Positions 60,801-64,000 of a DNA stretch of 64,000 nucleotides are shown here, one piece after another (position 1 is the stretch's first letter; every line of letters begins with the position of its first letter). Below the pieces are notes generated by a model, which was not told the DNA's origin, ran no database searches, and saw nothing but the letters and a program-made list of their open reading frames with translations. This DNA comes from Amoebophrya sp. A120. Taxonomy: Eukaryota; Protista; Dinoflagellata. The stretch spans positions 5,523,747 through 5,587,746 of the forward strand of contig CAJINV010000005.1 of NCBI GenBank assembly GCA_905178155.1. The letters are read 5' to 3'. The position numbers and the translations under genes were made by a program.

Positions 60801-62026
60801 CTCAGCATGACAAGTTTCCAGAGGACCCAGACATATTTACACTAGATAACAGACTACCCGGCGTTCCGCTGTCCCTGTCGCCGACAATAACGATCGGGAG
60901 CACGACGAATAGCAGTAGTGGTGGTGGTGGAAAAAATCGACCGGCCGGCGCGAACAATTCCTCCCCGAACCATTTCACCTCCGTCTGGGTTTCCTTGGCG
61001 CCACACTTGATCGTCGACCGCTCTGCAACGTCCCCCACCAGCTTATTCAAAACCTTCGTCCCGAACTTTCTCCAGAAGCAAATCACCAGCTCCGCCGGGG
61101 GAAGGAGTTTGTTCCACAAAACGTCCAGCACAACCCACGCGTCCTCCCCCACGTCCGTTCTATTGCCGTCCGGTGCTAACCCGGTCGTGAGTTTCACGGC
61201 AGCAACCGCGACTAGTTTCTTTTCGAAAATGTCGGAGAAGATTCACCTCCCGGGAGTCACTAGTACAGGATCTACTTCGACGACTGATGGTTTGACCTCT
61301 TCTAAAACCTCCTCCCACGGCATTCCGAAGGGTGTTGCGGTGAAACTCGACGCGCGGAATGGGGACGTGATATGGATTGCAAAGATGTCTGGGTCTGGAA
61401 ACTTGTAATGCTAAAAGTGAATGATAGACGCACTACAATACGCAGCTACGCATGGCAAGCTGCGTTTTTGCATGACAGGTAAGAGGGCCTTTTCGTGCCG
61501 ACGCAACACAGATTCTCGAGCCATGCCAGACAAGCATGACAGACTTGCACTCTTCCAGGCCCAGACACATTTGCACTGCATACGTGATCGAGTATTACCA
61601 TGCGGACTTGTTCGCTATTGGGGCGAAGATGACGAACGTGGACGTGCCCGAGGCGGTGAGAGAGCCGGTCACAGAGGAGGACGTCGTGGTGCGGTCAGTG
61701 AGGGAAACGACCGACGATGACGGGTGCAGGTTGTTGATGATCTGTCAGGGCGACAAAGTTGGGAAGTTTTCTTTCAACTTGAACTATGGATTGCAAAACT
61801 ACCGACCATGGCATTGCTGCACTAGTGGTAATTACATTACATTACAACTTTGCTCTGCTTCTGCATGACAAGTGAAATTTGTTATGTTGATTTACCTTAC
61901 GAAGTAATGCATACACGCAACCACTACGAGTGCGATACTTTTGCAGAGGATACCAGCGCGAAAATTGAAACGATCCGGAGGGCGGGACTAAGTAAGAACA
62001 CGGGAGGCGGTGGGGACGGGGAGTAG
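54860..62026 (+). CDS. Strictosidine synthase-like (six-bladed beta-propeller) protein, ~1210 aa, interrupted by 7 introners and a 2-kb insertion
   Basis: Ordered motifs LYATDATRGLVELD, FANGI..VFFTDSS, GRLFCYDNETKETELLKSGLYCPTAVAV, FLLIAE..RIVKF, LPGVP, VWVSL match the Str_synth/APMAP family. Removing introners and 2047 nt gives 1211 codons ending TAG at 62026. Confidence 0.7.
55921..56173. mobile_element. Introner type H
   Basis: TIR; TSD CTCTC. Confidence 0.9.
57242..59333. repeat. 45-bp direct repeat (57242-57286 and 59289-59333, one mismatch) flanking a 2002-bp insert
   Basis: GGGCAGGAAGCTGGTGAAA(G/T)AACTACCGGGGTGGACGAGCAGGAG occurs twice, 2047 nt apart. Confidence 0.9.
57287..58890 (+). 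CDS. 5'-truncated foreign gene fragment inside the insertion, unknown helical/charged protein
   Basis: Three GC3-rich coding segments: 57287-57612, 58008-~58217 and 58332-58890. GT-AG intron 57613-58007 (polypyrimidine tract, phase compatible); second intron ends CATAG at 58331 with a GA (58218) or GC (58227) donor; stop TAA ends at 58890. Confidence 0.5.
59407..59505. mobile_element. Introner type L (99 bp)
   Basis: TIR; TSD CAGCA; splits the FTDSS motif. Confidence 0.9.
60013..60274. mobile_element. Introner type A
   Basis: TIR; TSD CACAA. Confidence 0.9.
60324..60537. mobile_element. Introner type N
   Basis: Degenerate TIR; flanks GTCGA/CTCAA. Confidence 0.8.
60605..60848. mobile_element. 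Introner type A (opposite orientation to 3696 copy)
   Basis: TIR; TSD ACAGA. Confidence 0.9.
61371..61582. mobile_element. Introner type A
   Basis: TIR; TSD CGTGA. Confidence 0.9.
61785..61952. mobile_element. Introner type B (diverged)
   Basis: TATGGATTGCAAAA..TTTTGCAGAGGATA; flanks TGAAC/CCAGC; frame restored to stop at 62026. Confidence 0.75.
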
Positions 62027-63415
62027 GAAGTTCACGGAAGACCAGAAGTATTAAGCTGGGTTGTTGCAGGCTTAAGAGATAAAGAAGACCGGAGCTGCTG
62101 CATGCTGATTCTACTACATCCCTACTGCAACTATAGCTCTCTATGAAAATATATGCAAAAAATAACGCCGAACGAACATCAGCAGAAAGGGATTGAAGCT
62201 GCAACTTAGACACAAGTTGTACTAAACTACGGAGATGATGATAAAACACGCCCTGTTCTCCCCCGTGCTCTCAAATAAAAAGATCAGCTCAGGGTGCTCA
62301 GATCGTGCTGCCATATTTAGCGGCATTTTTTTCTCGGAGCAAACATGTCCTGATTGAAAGGATTTTTACCTTCACCACCTGCGTAAGGAAAGATCTACAT
62401 AACAAAATAGGATTGTTGCAACTACCACGGAGGAGACAGATCTCGTTGTATCTTTGACGAACATGTTTATTTGTCAAGTTTTTTTTTCATGTTGATGTTC
62501 AGATTTTTGCAGAACTCTCGAACTTTTCGATTTTTTGCAGAATTCCAATCCAAAAAAAAAAATCATCTTCATTATCATTTGCGAAGATCTCACTATCGAC
62601 TGACCCAAACTACAAGTGTTATCTCCTGGTGGACGTGGTGGACATCAACGCACCCTGCCCGCCCTTGCAAACCCGAGTTGTACGAGTCATGCTAGTATTA
62701 ACGCCCTGATTTTATTCCTTTGACGACAAATCTCCTTCTGCAGTCAAGATACGATAGAATTTCAATTTCTTGTTTTGATGGCACATTGCTGTCTGTCTGT
62801 GTTTTCCATTTAGGCCAAATACCAAGGTGGTTGACCTTTCAATAGCTTCACGACCTGTAGTGCCTTCTATCGAAGACAATTAAGCAAAAAAAAATAGCTC
62901 TGGTTTTGATGGTATCTATTGGTATTGCTGTATGTATAATCTAAATTACGTTGTTCAGAGCGCTTTTTAGGCACTCCTAATATTCCACCAAAATTTATTA
63001 AAGCAGCAACTTTGATGTCTAGCTTGTCTGGAGTGTAGCTGTTGGTGGCAGAGAAAGAGTTGCCGCACCTCGCACTGAACGGCGTTGTTATTTGGAGGAG
63101 CACACGACAACACACCCGCTTTTCCTGTTTCATCATTTTGTTTCTATCCGAAATTTTACTTGTTTGATTTTGTGCAAGACGACCTGATTATTGACGGAGA
63201 TTTTTCTATGTTTCCCGTCCTTATTTGTTGATACACAGACACATAGTTGCACGCTCGTAAGCAGCTGCACACATCCCTAAATACAACGTTCCCGTTTCGA
63301 TACTTGAGTTCTACAACTTTTTCGCCCCATAATTCATTCCTGTTCTTGTGTGCAGTGCTTCATTGTTCAGATTTTTTGAAAATAAATGCAAATCGCTGAT
63401 AAAAGCAAATTGGGT

Positions 63416-64000
63416 ATGACGATGCAGTCGTACGGGGATCGTCCTCTGAAAATGTTGCAAAATCGGTCTAGTGTGCTGCAGCGGGTCGCAGTTGCAGCTG
63501 CGATACTTTTCAGTGCACACCTGTCTTGCACGCGGGCGATAACAGTGGCTAGGAAAAGAGCAGCGCCCATTCTTTCAGAGCCCAGCCAGGCTGCGGCGCG
63601 ACCACACCCGGACGCGAAAACAATCGCAGCAACGGTTGTCCCTGACAAATTCGATGATGCAAACTGGCCTGATATCGCAAACTCGACACAGAAGGGCGCG
63701 GCTGCGAAGAGGAAGCCAAAGCTCCCGCCGAGGGTGACGAAAGTGGTCGAGATCAAAAAAGAAGCTCCTGTTGCCAAGACGATGACGCAAGCGCGTTCAT
63801 CTCTGGGAGGAGCAGGTCAACATGGACCCGATCTACAGGAAGTAGACCAAAAAGGAGTAGAAGGAGGTCCACCTACCACGACAAGTCCCAGCGCCGGTAC
63901 AACTAGTCCAACAAGCACAAGCAGAGTCAAGCTCCCCAGCGGCCACGAAACCAGTCCAAGGAACAAAATCAGCTTGGCGGGTGGAGGAGTAGCTTCATCA
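63416..64000 (+). CDS. Hypothetical protein, N-terminal part (runs off window), signal-peptide-like segment
   Basis: ATG at 63416 opens a frame with no stop up to 64000; RVAVAAAILFSAHLSCTRA hydrophobic stretch. Confidence 0.55.
   Translation, partial: MTMQSYGDRPLKMLQNRSSVLQRVAVAAAILFSAHLSCTRAITVARKRAAPILSEPSQAAARPHPDAKTIAATVVPDKFDDANWPDIANSTQKGAAAKRKPKLPPRVTKVVEIKKEAPVAKTMTQARSSLGGAGQHGPDLQEVDQKGVEGGPPTTTSPSAGTTSPTSTSRVKLPSGHETSPRNKISLAGGGVASS

Noticed and set aside
3696-61582. Recurrent peptides in the ORF track (KMSGSG, CKNVWVWK, FQTQTFLH, CKSIVLV, YFNFVDF) suggesting a repeated protein domain
   Set aside because: They are translations of introner TIRs in various frames and disappear once the elements are removed.
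590-61952. CRISPR array or bacterial REP/IS interpretation of the dispersed repeats
   Set aside because: The repeats are paired inverted ends with TSDs, irregularly spaced inside eukaryotic genes; there is no regular repeat-spacer period and no cas or transposase gene.
414-62026. Genome-wide stop-codon reassignment
   Set aside because: The reconstructed frames have only one internal stop, and TAA, TAG and TGA all terminate genes here.

Overview
Eukaryotic, gene-dense DNA with all eight genes on the + strand. The architecture matches a syndinian dinoflagellate parasite of the Amoebophrya type; this is inferred, not confirmed. The dominant signal is an invasion of non-canonical intron-forming transposons (introners): 63 elements (62 complete, 1 cut by the left edge) in about 16 terminal-repeat types. 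Each begins TAT (TAC or TAG variants), ends ATA (rare variants), has imperfect terminal inverted repeats and sits between 5-nt direct repeats (52 of 62 perfect). Nearly all carry several copies of the motif TTGTVATGC/GCATBACAA. Removing each element plus one 5-nt repeat restores continuous frames. The rebuilt genes are: a >6000-aa low-complexity protein with a PAM2-like motif, a five-cold-shock-domain protein, a Q-rich protein, RNA polymerase III subunit RPC4, a small secreted-type protein, an unknown protein with one in-frame TAG, a strictosidine-synthase-like beta-propeller and a truncated final ORF. Other oddities: long (0.6-0.9 kb) introners that may derive from the autonomous parent, a retroposon-like tail nested in an introner, introners apparently decaying into ordinary introns, and a 2-kb foreign gene fragment flanked by a 45-bp direct repeat and fused in frame into the propeller gene. 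Coordinates were read by hand. Splicing is inferred from frame restoration, not from RNA.
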